Assembly: GCA_009914755.4 (NCBI GenBank) | Contig: CP086569.2 | Location: forward strand, 2,944,001 to 3,008,000 | Source: the human T2T-CHM13v2.0 reference genome, Homo sapiens | Direction of reading: 5' to 3' | Length of the DNA stretch: 64,000 nt | Program-made: the position numbers and the translations under genes | Shown: in pieces, positions 40,480-53,499 of the stretch | How positions within the stretch are numbered: position 1 is the stretch's first letter | How the letters are laid out: each line of letters begins with the position of its first letter | Notes under the pieces: model-generated | Told to the model about the DNA's origin: nothing | Databases searched by the model: none | Seen by the model: only the letters and a program-made list of their open reading frames with translations

Positions 40480-42150
40480 AAGAAATGCTAAGGGGAGTTT
40501 TTCAAGTTGAAATAAGAGGATGCAAACTAATACCATAAATATTTATAAAATTATAAAGCTCACTATAAAAGTAAGAATATAGTTAAATTCAGAGCACATT
40601 AATACTGTAACGGTGTATATTATAACTTTAATTGTCATATAAAAGTATACATCATTTTTAATTGTCACAAAAATTAGAAGAAAGTATTAAAATAATGATA
40701 GGTACAATAATATGTTAATGAATACATTATATATAAAAGATGTGAATTGCAGCATTAACAATGCAAAAGGTAGAGGAAGGAAAAGTTAAAATGTAGAGTT
40801 TTTTGTATGCAGTCTAAAGGAAGTTGTTATCAGCTTAATATAGGCTGATTTAACCATAAATTTTTTGTAAGCCTTATGGTAACCACAAAGAGAAAACCTG
40901 TAGTAGACGCACCAAAAATAGAGAACAGAATCAAATCATAGCATACCACTGCAGAAAAATCATCAATCACAAACGAAGAGCACATGTGAAGAAGAATGAA
41001 ACAAAGGAACAACAAAAACATTGAGAAAACTATTAAGAAAATGACAATAGTTAAGTTCTTACCTATAAATAATTACTTTAAATGTAAATGTATTAAAGTC
41101 TCCAATAAAATGTCATGGAGGGATTGAATCCATCAAAAAAAAAAAAAAGATCCAATTATATTCTGCCTACGGGATAAAGAAAACATGGTATATATACACA
41201 AGATAATATTATTGAGCCTTAAAAAAAAGGGACTAGTGAATGACATTTGTTAAATCATGGGATAAATTTGTAGGATGTTAAGTAAACCAGTCACAGAATA
41301 ACAAATACTGCATAATTTCACTTATATGTTAATTCTTAAAACGTCAAACTCATAACAGCAGAGAGTGCAATAGTGGTGACTCAAAGTCCTCTTTGGCGAT
41401 GGGATGGGAGAATGGGTAGATGTTTGTCAAAGGGTAAAAGATTTCTGTTAGAATGAATAAGTTTCAGAGGCCTATTGTGGAGCATGTTGACTATTTGATA
41501 ATAATGTATAGGGATACAATTTAAATGGTGTCACTGCTCAAATGTCATGTCAAATTGTAATCCCCAGTGTTGGTCATAGTGTCTTGTGGCAGGTGATTGC
41601 ATCATGGTGGTGGATCTTTCATGAATAGTTTAGCACCATCCTATAGGTGCTGTTCTCATGACATGAGACCCTGTTATTTAAAAGTGTTTAACACCTCCTC
41701 CCCAGCTTGGTCCTGCTCCTGCCATGTAAAATGCCTGTTCCCTCTTTGCCTTCCACCATGAATAAAGTTCCCTGAGGCCTCCCCAGATGCTGGCCATGCT
41801 TCCTGTATAGCCCGCAGAACTGTGAGCCAATTAAATGGCTCACAGAGCCATTTAAAATTCTTAACATTTAAAAGAGCCAATTAAAACTCTTTTCTTTATA
41901 AATTACTCAGTCTCAGTTATTTCTTTGCAGCAATGTGAGAATGGCCTAATACATATACCATACTAGCAAGTTGCTAGGAGAGTAGATCTTCAATATTCTC
42001 ATCACAAAATAAATAAGTATGTGACGTGATGGATATGTTAGTTGATTTAATCATTTCATAATGTGTATATATATATATCAAAATGTAATATTGTACTCTG
42101 TAAACATATAAAATTTCTATTGGTCAAAAATACCTTAACACAGCTGTAAA
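40480..42150 (+). mobile_element. Old L1 relic: the ORF1-end/ORF2-start region joined directly to a 3'UTR (large internal deletion), with the 3'UTR split by an LTR insertion
   Basis: 40700-41150 parallels 34880-35290 of the neighbouring L1 (tttgtaagccttatggtaacc..., ttacctataaataattactttaaatgtaaatgtattaaag). 41150-41500 and 41957-42150 carry L1 3'UTR motifs (gttgctaggagagtagatcttcaatattctcatcacaaaataaataagtatgtgacgtgatggatatgttagttgatttaatcatttcataatgtgtatatatatatatcaaaatgtaatattgtactctgtaaacatataaaatttctattggtcaaaaatacc). Confidence 0.45.
41508..41953 (+). mobile_element. MaLR-type solo LTR (MST/MLT-like) inserted in the L1 3'UTR
   Basis: ...caaattgtaatccccagtgttgg...catggtggtggatctttcatgaatag...tttctttataaattactcagtctcag...gcagcaatgtgagaatggcctaataca. 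Confidence 0.6.
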
Positions 42151-42459
42151 AAATATATAAATCCACTGAAACAAATAAAAAATAAGCAAAGCAATAATTA
42201 ATTCCAGGCAAAATAAAATAAAGTCCACAAAAGAAAAAGTATCCAGACTATGTTATAAGTTGCCAGTAATATTCATAAAGTAAGGAGGCAAAATCTTGAT
42301 GATCTAAATAAAACCATAATAAAATTATATTCATAGGTGACTGTGAAATGTGCACATGTATATTGCAAAATGGGGATGAAAAATACAGCTAAATATTTAT
42401 ATTCCACAGTGACAATTCAATGGCTAATGTCCAAAATTATAAAATCAATAAATATCAAT

Positions 42460-42883
42460 TGATATAGTTTGAATATTTGTCCCTACCCAAATCTCATGTT
42501 GAAATGTAATCCCCTGTCTTAGAGGTGGGGTCTGGTTGGCGATATTTGGATCGTGGGGTGGATCCATCATGAATGGCTTGGGCCATTTCCATGGTAATAT
42601 GTGAGCTCTCACTCTGCATGCTAATGAGATCAGGTTGTTGAAAAGTATGTTACACCCTCACCTCAGAATCTCTCACTCTCTTGCTCTTGTCCTGGTCACC
42701 TGATATGCCTGCTCTGTCTTTGCCTTCCACCATGATTAGAAGCTTTCTGAGGCCTCGCCAGAAGCAGATATTGCTATGCGTCCTATACAGCCTGCAGAAC
42801 CATAAGCCTGTTAAATCTCTTTTTATAGATTAGTCAGTCTTAGGTATTTCTTCATACCATTGCAGGAATAGTTTAATATAGCA
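42460..42883 (+). mobile_element. MaLR-type LTR (MLT/MST-like)
   Basis: tgatatagtttgaatatttgtccctacccaaatctcatgttgaaatgtaatcccc...ggatcgtggggtggatccatcatgaatggcttgg...cagcctgcagaaccataagcc...gtttaatatagca. Confidence 0.6.
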
Positions 42884-44133
42884 ATATTCAATCTTATTTA
42901 AAGAAATGGAGGTTAACATTTAAAATATTTTCTAAAATAGTTGAAAATGTCTCTGGGAAGGTATAAGTGGGGAATGAGGGGGTGAGCTATTTTTTTTCTC
43001 ACCAAATATTATAAAGCTATTTGATTTATTAAGCTATGTGCATATTTAATTTCTATAAGCTTAAAAAAGTAAAAGTAATAACACTGTAGCTGAAGAATAT
43101 TTCTTACTCTAAAGTACTCTGTTGTCAGAAAATTTGTCCCTATGTTTAAGGGTAGCAGCACAATCTTCTCTTGGTTCTGCTATGCTTCTTACAGTGTCTT
43201 TAGTAATTAGGATTCATTGTTAGCAAGCTTATATTTCACATTTTAATGTTAACTCTTGCAACGCCAACAAAGCAGTGAGGTTTAGTGGAAAACAGTCAGA
43301 ACTGGGAGAATGTGCTATAGTCCCTGCTGTGCTGACAAAGTCATAGTTGTGACTCACTTAAATTTCTGGGATTGAAATTCTTCATTTGCAATTCTTTTTT
43401 AGTTTTAAAATTGAGGCAGTAAGTAAGTTAGGTAAATTTGAAGTCCACTCTATTTGTATGATTTTCTGGTATTATCATTAATAAGAGAATCAAATGTCAC
43501 TTGGGTTTCGTAGGTCAATAAGCAATTACTATAAAGCAAATACAGAGTGTGGTCTTCTGGAATGAGTGTTGAATGAGACTTTCATCCTGGAAACCTACTT
43601 TTATTATAAGAAAATAACTGGTTCCGGGCAGTAAGCTGTATACCTTCACATTCACTGTTTTTTTCTCATTAATTTTTTTGCGTTTCCTTCACACAACCGT
43701 GATCCCAAGAGCATACATTCAGGATATTGAATAAACAGCTAGGCCATTCATTCTAGTCACTTTCATTCATGATTATGCCTATTGAAATTGAGTGGTATTT
43801 AGGTGATATTTAGCCAGCAAACTAGCGATACTAAATCTTAGCCTTGACATTGTTTCTTCTTGTGAGGTCTCTGAGAAAGATAAATACATAAAAACGCAAA
43901 GAATGAAAAACGAACACGATTGAATGTTAGGGTTTCGAGTCTAAAAGTAAATATTGAACTCTAGTAAGTTAGTATGAACTGCACTAGAAACTCATATTTT
44001 CTAAGTTATGTAGGTATAAATATAGATGAATTAAAGTAAAACCTAACCTTAGCTTCAGAACTCACACTTGTGATGTAATGAAATATTAAATAAGTCCTAT
44101 CTTCTACTATAAGAGAGAAAGGATCAAGGGAGC

Positions 44134-44588
44134 TGCCATAGTTTGGATGTCTGTTTCTCCAAATCTCATGTTGAAATTTGGTCCCCAGTGTTGGAGGTAG
44201 GGTCAAATGGTAGGTGTTTGGGTCGTGGAGTGGATCCGTCATGAGTGGCTAGGTGCTGTCCTCCTGGTAATGAGTGAGTTCATGCTCTATTAGTTCCTGT
44301 GAGAGCTAGTTGTTTAAAAGAGCCTAGCACTTCCCCACTTTATCTGTCTTTTTGTCTCTCTGTCTCTCTCTCTCTGCTTCCTGTCTCACCATGAAATTTC
44401 TGCACAGCTCAGCTCCCTTTCACTTTTCATCATGAGTAGAAGTAGTCTGAGGCCTTCATCAGAAACAGATGTTGGTGTCATGGTTCTCGTACACCCTGCA
44501 GAAATGTGAGCCAAATAAACTTATTTTTTAAATAAATTACGCAGCCTCAGGTTTTCCTTTATGGCAACACAAATGGACTATGGTAAGA
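44134..44588 (+). mobile_element. MaLR-type LTR (MLT/MST-like), same orientation and similar subfamily to the LTR at 42460
   Basis: tgccatagtttggatgtctgtttctccaaatctcatgttgaaatttggtcccc...ggtcgtggagtggatccgtcatgagtggctagg...ctgcagaaatgtgagccaaataaac...aaatggactatggtaaga, with an internal (TC)n-rich patch. Confidence 0.6.
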
Positions 44589-46687
44589 ACCAAAGAGAAA
44601 AATAATAGTTTTCATTTCAATATTCAATGCCAAATTTTGGCAAGGAAGAATGGGTGGTGGTGTATTACTTAGACAAAAGAAAGATGTTCATGGATATTAA
44701 AGAAATGTTGTTTACCATTATTACATCTTGTAGAAGGTCTGATTTGGTCAAGCCCACACACATTAGAAACTTCAGTTCCATTGAGAACTTCACTCACTAG
44801 CCCTGTGTCTCAAGATTTCCTAGGACATGCCTTGTTGCAAGTTTCTGTAGTTTTTTTTTTTCAATTAGGTAATCATTTTTTCTACCTTGGAAATGGAATA
44901 AATGTAGTAATAAATAGATGAAGAAGTGTTCTTTTCCTATCCTTTCCAGTGGTGTCAGTTTCAACTTATGTTTATCTTTCAACTATATCCAGAAAAAGAC
45001 CCAGTTATCAAAAGCCATGCATGAGCTACCTGAACATTTCCTATGATCTGGTCACTTTTTCTGTCACGAATCTTAGGTTTTCTATTTTGCTGTGATCAAC
45101 CTCTTTATCCATTTTTTTTCATGTTCAGGGTCTCATATTGACAGCCAATGCTGTAACATTTTAAATTAAATCTTGCAAATGAAGGTGAAAGAAAATGATA
45201 AGATACTGACCCTACTATAGTCTTCCTCAAAAAACGAAAACAAATCTATGACACATAAAAGAGCAAAATAAAAGGTTTTTATGGAATAAATTGATATATT
45301 TATTTTAAATTTTGTCGTATTATTCTGGACTATTTGTTTTGACACTCTCAATACTAATTTCTCTCCATAGATTCATAGCACTAGAACTACAGAAATAAAT
45401 AACGTTTTAATAAATGTGAATTAAAATGTTACCTCCTAATACATACAGAGTATGTGCAACTCAAATCTGTTGGGAAAATAATTAACCATATATGTCAGGA
45501 ATAGAGAATAACAAAATGCCGATCTTAAAAACAGTGAAAACATACTGAGTGTTAAGCTTAAAATTAATATTCTTTTCACATTTTTCAGGCATTCCAATGA
45601 ACTTCTCTAGGTGTTAGGAACCTGTCAGCTTGGGCAGAATCTCTCCCCACAAAAATTAACACTGTCAGGCAAAATTATAAATCGGTGAATCTTGAACCTA
45701 GCTGCTAATCAGAATCACCTTAAGGACATTTTAAAAACACAAATTTCTGAAGCTGCCCTAAGAACAGATAATTAGAATCTGTATTAAAAAAAAATAAGGA
45801 AACCATAAAACAAAACCAATCTGCACATTATCCTTAAAAAGTCACCTGTTAATAGAACCATGCTGGGACCCTATTAACACAGAACAATATTGATATTCTA
45901 ATCTATTTCTGAAATTATTAGAAAAATTACATGTTTTAGCATAGATAAGGGATACTTTATAGCTTACATTTAAACATATGTGTTTATCTGAAGTCATCAA
46001 ATATTTCTTGAGAAGCATTTATTCAAGATACAGTATTAGGCAATTTATGGAATAAAAACATGCCCTGTCTTCAAAGAGTTTATAAATACTAGAGAAAAAT
46101 GTGTATTAGTGAATATTAGAAAATAGTAATGATCAATTTGACAAAATTCAGTGGGCCAAATGATTCAGAAATATTTTTACTTTTTCACATAGGTAATAAT
46201 CATCTTGTCCATTTTATATCCAAGGTTCAGCTGAAGTCCTACTTTCTTGAAAAAAAATTCCTGGATTACTCTTATTCTGGAAATATTATGTAACATATTT
46301 ATTTAATCTTTACATGTTAGTCAATGATGTAATCATTTTTAGTACACTTTATTCTTATATCACTTACATATTTACAGGAAACCTGAAAAGACAGTACAGA
46401 GGATTCCCATACACTCTGAACTCAATTTCACCTACTAACACCTTACATTATTATGACACATGTATTACAATTAATGAACCAATATTGATGAATTGATATT
46501 AACAAAATTCCATAATTCACTTAGATTTCCTTAGCTTTTACCTAATGTATTTTTTTTTCTCTTTAGGGATTTCATACAGAATAACACATTACATTTAGTT
46601 GTCATTTCTCTTTAGGGTCCTCTTGGCTATGGCAGTTTTTAAGACTTTACTTGTTTTTGATTAACTTAGCAGTTTTAAGGAGTTTTA

Positions 46688-47005
<318 letters not shown>

Positions 47006-48399
47006 TTAGTCAAGCATTTTGTGAAATGTTTATTATTCCAATTTGTTTGATGTTTTTCTAATTTTAAATCATGGGTTATGAGTTATTGGGAGGAAGACCA
47101 CAGAGGTAGAGTACCATTTTCATCAATATCAAGAATCCATATCATCAAAATGATTTATGACTGTCGATGTTGACTTTGACTGACTGCCTGAGGTAAACTT
47201 TGTTACGTTGCTCCACCACTGTAAATGTACTATTTTCCCTCCTTTCTATATTATACACTTTGGAAGGAAGTCACTATGTGCATACCACAAACAAGAGTAT
47301 TTGCATCCCGTCCTTGAGGGCAGGGTGTCTACATAAATTATTAGGAATTCTCTGCATGGGAAACTCATAATTCATTTCCATTAATTAATATATTTAATCA
47401 TATATTTATATCAGTATAAATTTATAGAGATTTATTGTATACTGTGGATTAAAATCTAGTGCTACTTTATTTATTTTTTGTTTAAAATTATCTACATTTT
47501 GACACTGGAGCCTATTTCAGCTGACTCCTGTGCTTCTTTGATATACCCCCATCCTGGTACGTGTGTATGTGCATGTATTTATGTACGTTTGTATATATGT
47601 TGTGAGCATTTTCTTGCTTCTCGGCACTACAAGATGCTACACACTTATCTTGTATATTTCCTATCCTAGTCCTATAACCAGCCACTTCTCCAATGAGCCC
47701 TGGTGCCTTTGTTGGAGAATGGTATTAGAAATCATTATTCAGCCACTAAGTGTGCTCATTGCTACTCATGTATCACTTCTTTTAGGCTCACTCAGCTGAC
47801 AGAGAAAAAAATACTTGTGTATGATAACTTTTGTATATACACATATCTATCAATAGTTGTATATGTAACCATCTGTATCTATATTAAGCTAAACGTGAGG
47901 TCATGCTGACGTTTACAGTTCTCATCCAATACCATATGGATAGGTTTTTATTTCTTTCTTTATCTATAAACTTACTCCAACTATAAGAAGACTGATTCCT
48001 TCCATCAGTCATGTATTTAATTAAATGTTTAATTCCATTATACATGTATAGCAGAGCCATTAGCTCATACACCCATGGGAAACTATTTTATCAACTAGAT
48101 TACAGTGCTCATGTGCAGTTCTCATAGTCTTATGCTTACAGATCCTACTCATTTGCAAAGTTGCTTGAGTCAGCACCTTTTCTCCCTCTCCCATTAAGTG
48201 AGTTTGCTTTATGTGTTTGTAATACATTTAGAATATCCTGTCACACTCTGCATTTTTAAGTGACCCTTTGACCACCTAAATTATGTTTTTAAATTTGCAC
48301 ATGGACCAGTTTTCGTGCAGTAAAGTTCTACAGGTTTTGACAAATGCATAATGGCTTGCATTCACTGCTATAGCATCACACAGAAAAACTTTACTGTAA

Positions 48400-50840
48400 C
48401 CCAAATCCCTTGATCTTTATTTGTTTCTACCTCTTTATTACCCCTAAAGCCCTGATAACCATGGGTTACTTTGTCTTTATAATTTTACCTTTTCCAGAAT
48501 GTTATACAATTGGAACCTTAGGATTCTTTATCAAGAAGCATTTAATATTTTTTGTCTTTTCATGGTTTGATAGCTCATCTGTTTGCTTCCAGCTCTTGGC
48601 AATTATAAATAAAGCTGCAATAAACATTATGCTTGGATTTTTATGTGATTATAGGTTATGAAATAAATTTGATAATAACTAGGAGCATGACTATTGGGTC
48701 ATGTGGTGACTGTGATCATACAGTTTTGTAAGAGACTGCTTGTCTTCCAAAGTACCTCAACCATTTTGTATTCCATTAGCAATCAATGAGTTTAAATTGT
48801 TAAGCAACCTCTCCAGCATTTATTATCGTAAGTTTTTAGACATTTCAATAGGTACGTAGTAGTATTTCATTATTCTTTTAATTTGCAATACCTCAAAAAC
48901 AAGTTTGCTAAAATAAATAATAAAATACTATTGCATTTTATATTTCTGTTCATGAACCATCTTGAGTCAAGTTTCGTGAATGTTGCAAATGCTGTGTCTA
49001 GATAGACTTTTTAAGACTTCATATTTTACAGTTCCTAGTAAAATTAAGAAAAAGGTACAGAGGTTTTCTATATATCCCCTATTTCCACACAAATCTAGCC
49101 TCTGCCATTATAAACATCTCCAACCAAAGTGGTACATTTGTTACACTCAGTGAATCTACATCGACATATCATTATCACCCAAAGTCCACAGTTTATATTA
49201 GAGCTCACTCTTGGTGTGTACATTCTGTGGGTTTGGAGAAATGTATATTGATGTATATCCACCATTATGGTATTATACATTGTATTTTCACTGCCCTAAA
49301 AATTCTCTGTGCTCCACCTATTTATTCCTCCCTCCCCCAAACCTTGGCAATGACTGAACTGTCTCTACAGATATGCCTTTTCCAGAAAGCCATATAGTTG
49401 GAATCATACAGTATCTAGCATTTTCTGACTGGCCTCTTTCATTTAGTAATATCCGTTTAAGGTCCCTCCATGTAATTTTATGGTTTGACATCTCATTTAT
49501 TTTTGTGTGTGTGTGCTGAACAATAATCCCTTGTCTGAATGGTTCACAGTTTATTTATATGTTCCCACACTAAAGGACATCTTCGTTGCTTCCAAGTTTT
49601 TGGAAATTACAAATAAAGCTGTTATAAACATCCGTGTGCAGTTTTGTGTGGAAATACTTTTCAATTCCTTTGTGTAAATACCAAGAAGTGTGATTGCCGG
49701 ATCCTATAGTAAGCTTTTTTAAAAAGCACCAAACTGTCTTCCAAAGTGGCTGCTCCATTTTTCATCTCTACAGCAATGAATATGATTTCCTGATGCTACA
49801 CATTCTTGTCAGCATTTGGTGGTGTTAATTTTTGGTATTAGCCATCTTAATAGGTGTGTCGTATTTAGGTGTTTCAATTTGCATCTCCCTGATGACACAT
49901 GATGTGGAACATGTACAAATATGCTTGATTGTCACTGGTATATTTCTTTTTTGAGGTAACTGTTAAGTTTGTGTCATGTTTTAGTTGTTTTCTTATTGTT
50001 GATTTTAAGAGTTCTTTATACATTTTGGATTACTGTCCTTTTTCATATGGGTCTTTTGCAAATATTTTCTCTCAGTATGTTGCTCATCTTCTCTTTCTAT
50101 TGACATTGCCTTTAACAGAGAAGAAGTTTTTAATTTTAATGAAGCCCAGCTTACAGGTAATTTCTTTCACGGATCATGCCTTTGGTGCTGGATCTTAAAA
50201 GTCATTGCCATACCCAAATCATCTAGGTTTTCTTCAACATTATTTTCTAGGAGTTTTGTAGTTGTGTGTTTTGCATTTGAATCTATAATCCATTCTGAGT
50301 TTATTTTTGTGAAGAGTGTAATATCTGAATCTAAGTTCATTTCTTTAATGTAGAAGTCCAGTTGTTCCAGTACTATTTGTTTAAGGCTGTATTTACTCCA
50401 TTGTATTATTTTGCTTCCTTTTCAAAGATAGTTGGCTAAACTCATGTGGGTCAATTTCTGGACCCTCTATTTTGTTACATTTATTTGTCTATTCTTTCAC
50501 AAATACAATACTTTTTATATTACTATAGTTTTACAGTAAATTTTGAAGTCAGATAGTGTGAGTCTTTCTACTTTGTTTTTATCTTCAATATTCTGTTTGC
50601 TATTTTGGGTCTTTTTCCTCTCCATGTAAAACTTTAGAATCACTTTCTTGATACCCACAAAGTAACATGCTGCACTTTTGATAGAGATTGAATTGGATCT
50701 GTAGATACAATTTGGAAGAACTTAGTTCTTGTCTCTATTGACTCTTCCTATTCATTAATATGGACTATATTTTCATTTACTTTGTTCTTTAATTTATTTC
50801 ATTAATGTTTTGTCATTGTCCTCATATAGATCTTGTATAT
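48400..50840 (-). mobile_element. Old L1 (L1M-type) ORF2 C-terminal/3' fragments in antisense; two homologous pieces (~48400-48700 and ~49300-50840)
   Basis: Reverse-complement L1 motifs: ttggaaattacaaataaagctgttataaacatccgtgtgc; tggtattagccatcttaataggtgtgtcgtatttaggtgtttcaatttgcatctccctgatgacacatgatgtggaacat; the 48570-48650 segment is a diverged paralogue of 49590-49650. Confidence 0.55.
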
Positions 50841-51205
50841 TGATATGGTTTGGCTGCATTTCCACCCATATCTCATCTTAAATTGTAACTCCCATAGTCC
50901 CCATGTGTCAGGGAGGGACCCAGTGGGAGGCAATTGAATCATGAGGGCGGATTTTACCTGTGCTGTTCTCATAATAGTGAATAAGTCTCACATGATCTGA
51001 TGGTTTCATAAAGGGCAGTTCCCCTGCACATGCTCTCTTGCCTGCCACCATGTAAGACGTGCCTTTGCTCCTCCTTCACCTTCTGCCATGATTGTGAGGC
51101 CTCCCCAGCCATGTAGAACTGTGATTCCATTGAACCTCTTTTTCTTTATAAATTACTCAGTCTCAGGTATTTCTTCATAGCAGTATGAAAATGAACTAAT
51201 ATCTA
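50841..51205 (+). mobile_element. Solo THE1/MST-type MaLR LTR
   Basis: tgatatggtttggctgcatttccacccatatctcatcttaaattgtaactcccatagtccccatgtgtcagggagggacccagtgggaggcaattgaatcatgagggcgg...ccagccatgtagaactgtgattccattgaacctctttttctttataaattactcagtctcaggtatttcttcatagcagtatgaaaatgaactaatatc. Confidence 0.75.
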
Positions 51206-51522
51206 CATGTTTTGTTAGATTTATAGCTAAGCATTTTTGGAGGCTGCTAATGTAAATGGTATTTTGGTTTCAGATTCAAATTTTACTTGTTCATTGCTGA
51301 GATAGGAAAGCAATAAATGTCCAGCAATCTTGCTATAATTGCTTATTAATTAAGCAGGCAGTCAAGGAAGTAAAAGGAGTAAATTTATTATATTTAAATG
51401 CTCAGCATATTGGATGAAGTCCATCCATATTAGGGAGGTCAATTTACTTTACTGAGTTCATAAATTTAAATGGTCCTCTCATTCTATAACATCCTCACAG
51501 ACATACCCAGGAACAATATTTA

Positions 51523-51868
<346 letters not shown>

Positions 51869-51892
51869 TTAGCTATTACTCTGCTGATATGG

Positions 51893-52270
51893 TTTGGCTG
51901 TGTCCTCACCCAAATCTCAATTTGAATTGTAATTCCCATAATCTCCACATATCATGGGAGGGACCAGGTGGAGATAATTGAATCGTAAGGGCAGTTCCCC
52001 CATGCTGCTGTTCTCATGATAGTGAGTGATTTCTCATGAGATCTGGTGCTTTTATAAGGAGCTTTTCCCATTTTGCTGGGCACTTCTCCCAGCTGCCACC
52101 ATATGAAGAAGGATATGTTTGCTTCCCCTTCCTCCATGATTGTAAGTTTTCTGAGGCCTCCCCAGCCATGCTGAACTGTGAGTCAATTAAACCTTTTTCC
52201 TTTATAAATTAACCAGTCTTGGGTATGTCTTTATTAGCAGTGTGAGAATGGACTAATACATCTGCCAAAA
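51893..52270 (+). mobile_element. Solo MaLR LTR (MSTA/THE1-like), a different subfamily from the one at 50841
   Basis: tgatatggtttggctgtgtcctcacccaaatctcaatttgaattgtaattcccataatctccacatatcatgggagggaccaggtggagataattgaatc...ccagccatgctgaactgtgagtcaattaaacctttttcctttataaattaaccagtcttgggtatgtctttattagcagtgtgagaatggactaataca. Confidence 0.7.
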
Positions 52271-52404
52271 TTCATACAAGAAGAAACAGACAAACTGAAT
52301 GAACCTGTATTTATTTAAAAAATGGAATCAATAATAACCTCCCAAAACAAAGATCCAGTCTCAGATGAATTCACTGAAAAACCTAGCAAATATTTAAGAA
52401 AACT

Positions 52405-52693
52405 GGCTAGTTCTGGTGGTTCATACCTGTAGTTAATTCCAGGGCTTTAGGGTGATGAGGAGAGAGGATCATATGAAGCCAGGATTTAAGGCAAGCCTTG
52501 GCAACATAGTGAGATTCATATATCTATAAAAATATTAAAAGCAATTAGCCATGTATGGTAGCATACACTTGTAGTGCCAACTACTCAGGAGGCTGAAGTG
52601 AGAAGATCACTTGAGTGCAAAGTTCAAAGCTGCAATGACCTGTAATTATACCACTGCACTTCAGCCAGGGCAAAAGAGCAAGGCTCTGTCTCT
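52405..52693 (+). mobile_element. Old, highly diverged Alu-like SINE (AluJ/FAM-like)
   Basis: ggctagttctggtggttcatacctgtag...ccagggctttagg...aagccaggatttaaggcaagccttggcaacatagtgagatt...aattagccatgtatggtagcatacacttgtagtgccaactactcaggaggctgaagtgagaagatcacttgagtgcaaagttcaaagctgcaatgacc...ccactgcacttcagccagggcaaaagagcaaggctctgtctctaa. Confidence 0.55.
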
Positions 52694-52699
52694 AATTAT

Positions 52700-53400
52700 T
52701 TCATTAATTGAAAAATAAAATAAAGAAAAAATTAGCCCAATTCTCTACAATTTCTTTCAGGAGATGAAAGCAAAGGCAGTATGTCTAACTCATTTTATGC
52801 AGCCAACATTGCCCTAATATCAAAACTAGACAAAAACATTACATGAAGAGAAAACTACAGGCCAATATCTTTTGTGAACATAGCTGCAAAAATCCTCAAC
52901 AAAATATTAACAAATAAAATCCAAGAATGCATAAAAATTATACCTCATGATCAAGTAGGGTTTATACCAGGTAGGAAAAGCTGGCTCAACATTTGAAAAT
53001 CAATTAATGTAATCCATCATATCAACAGGTTAAAAAAAATCACACGATTATATCTATAAATTCTGGAAAAGCATTTGATGAAATTCAAAATTCATTCATG
53101 ATAAAACTCTGAGCAAACTAGGAATAAAAAAAAATTCCTTAAGTTGATTAAACACATCTAGAAAACATATAGCTAAAATCATACTTATGATCAAAAACTA
53201 GATGTTTTCTTGCTAATATCAGGAACACCAAAAGATGTCCTCCTCTACCACTGCTCTTTTTCCACCCTGTACTGAAAATACTAGCTAATGCAATAAGAAA
53301 GGGAAGTGAAAGGCAAACAGGTTGGGAAGATAGAAAGAAAAATCTTTGTTCAAAGGTGACATAATTTCCTGTGCAGAAAAAAACCACTCTTGTAACCACT
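52700..53400 (+). mobile_element. Old L1 ORF2 (RT-domain) fragment
   Basis: Frame-level motifs: [62 protein letters not shown]. Confidence 0.5.
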
Positions 53401-53499
53401 CTTGTAATTCTGTAGCCTGAGAACCAGTGGGTACATACTGCCCTTGGATTGGAAGTTACACCATTGGCACTCACTGCTTCTCAGGCTACAGACTTAAGA

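Noticed and set aside
45590-45790. Possible ancient DNA-transposon (hAT/MER-like) fragment: cagaatcacc...aaaaacac motifs
   Set aside because: The similarity is too short and weak to call by eye; it is left unannotated.
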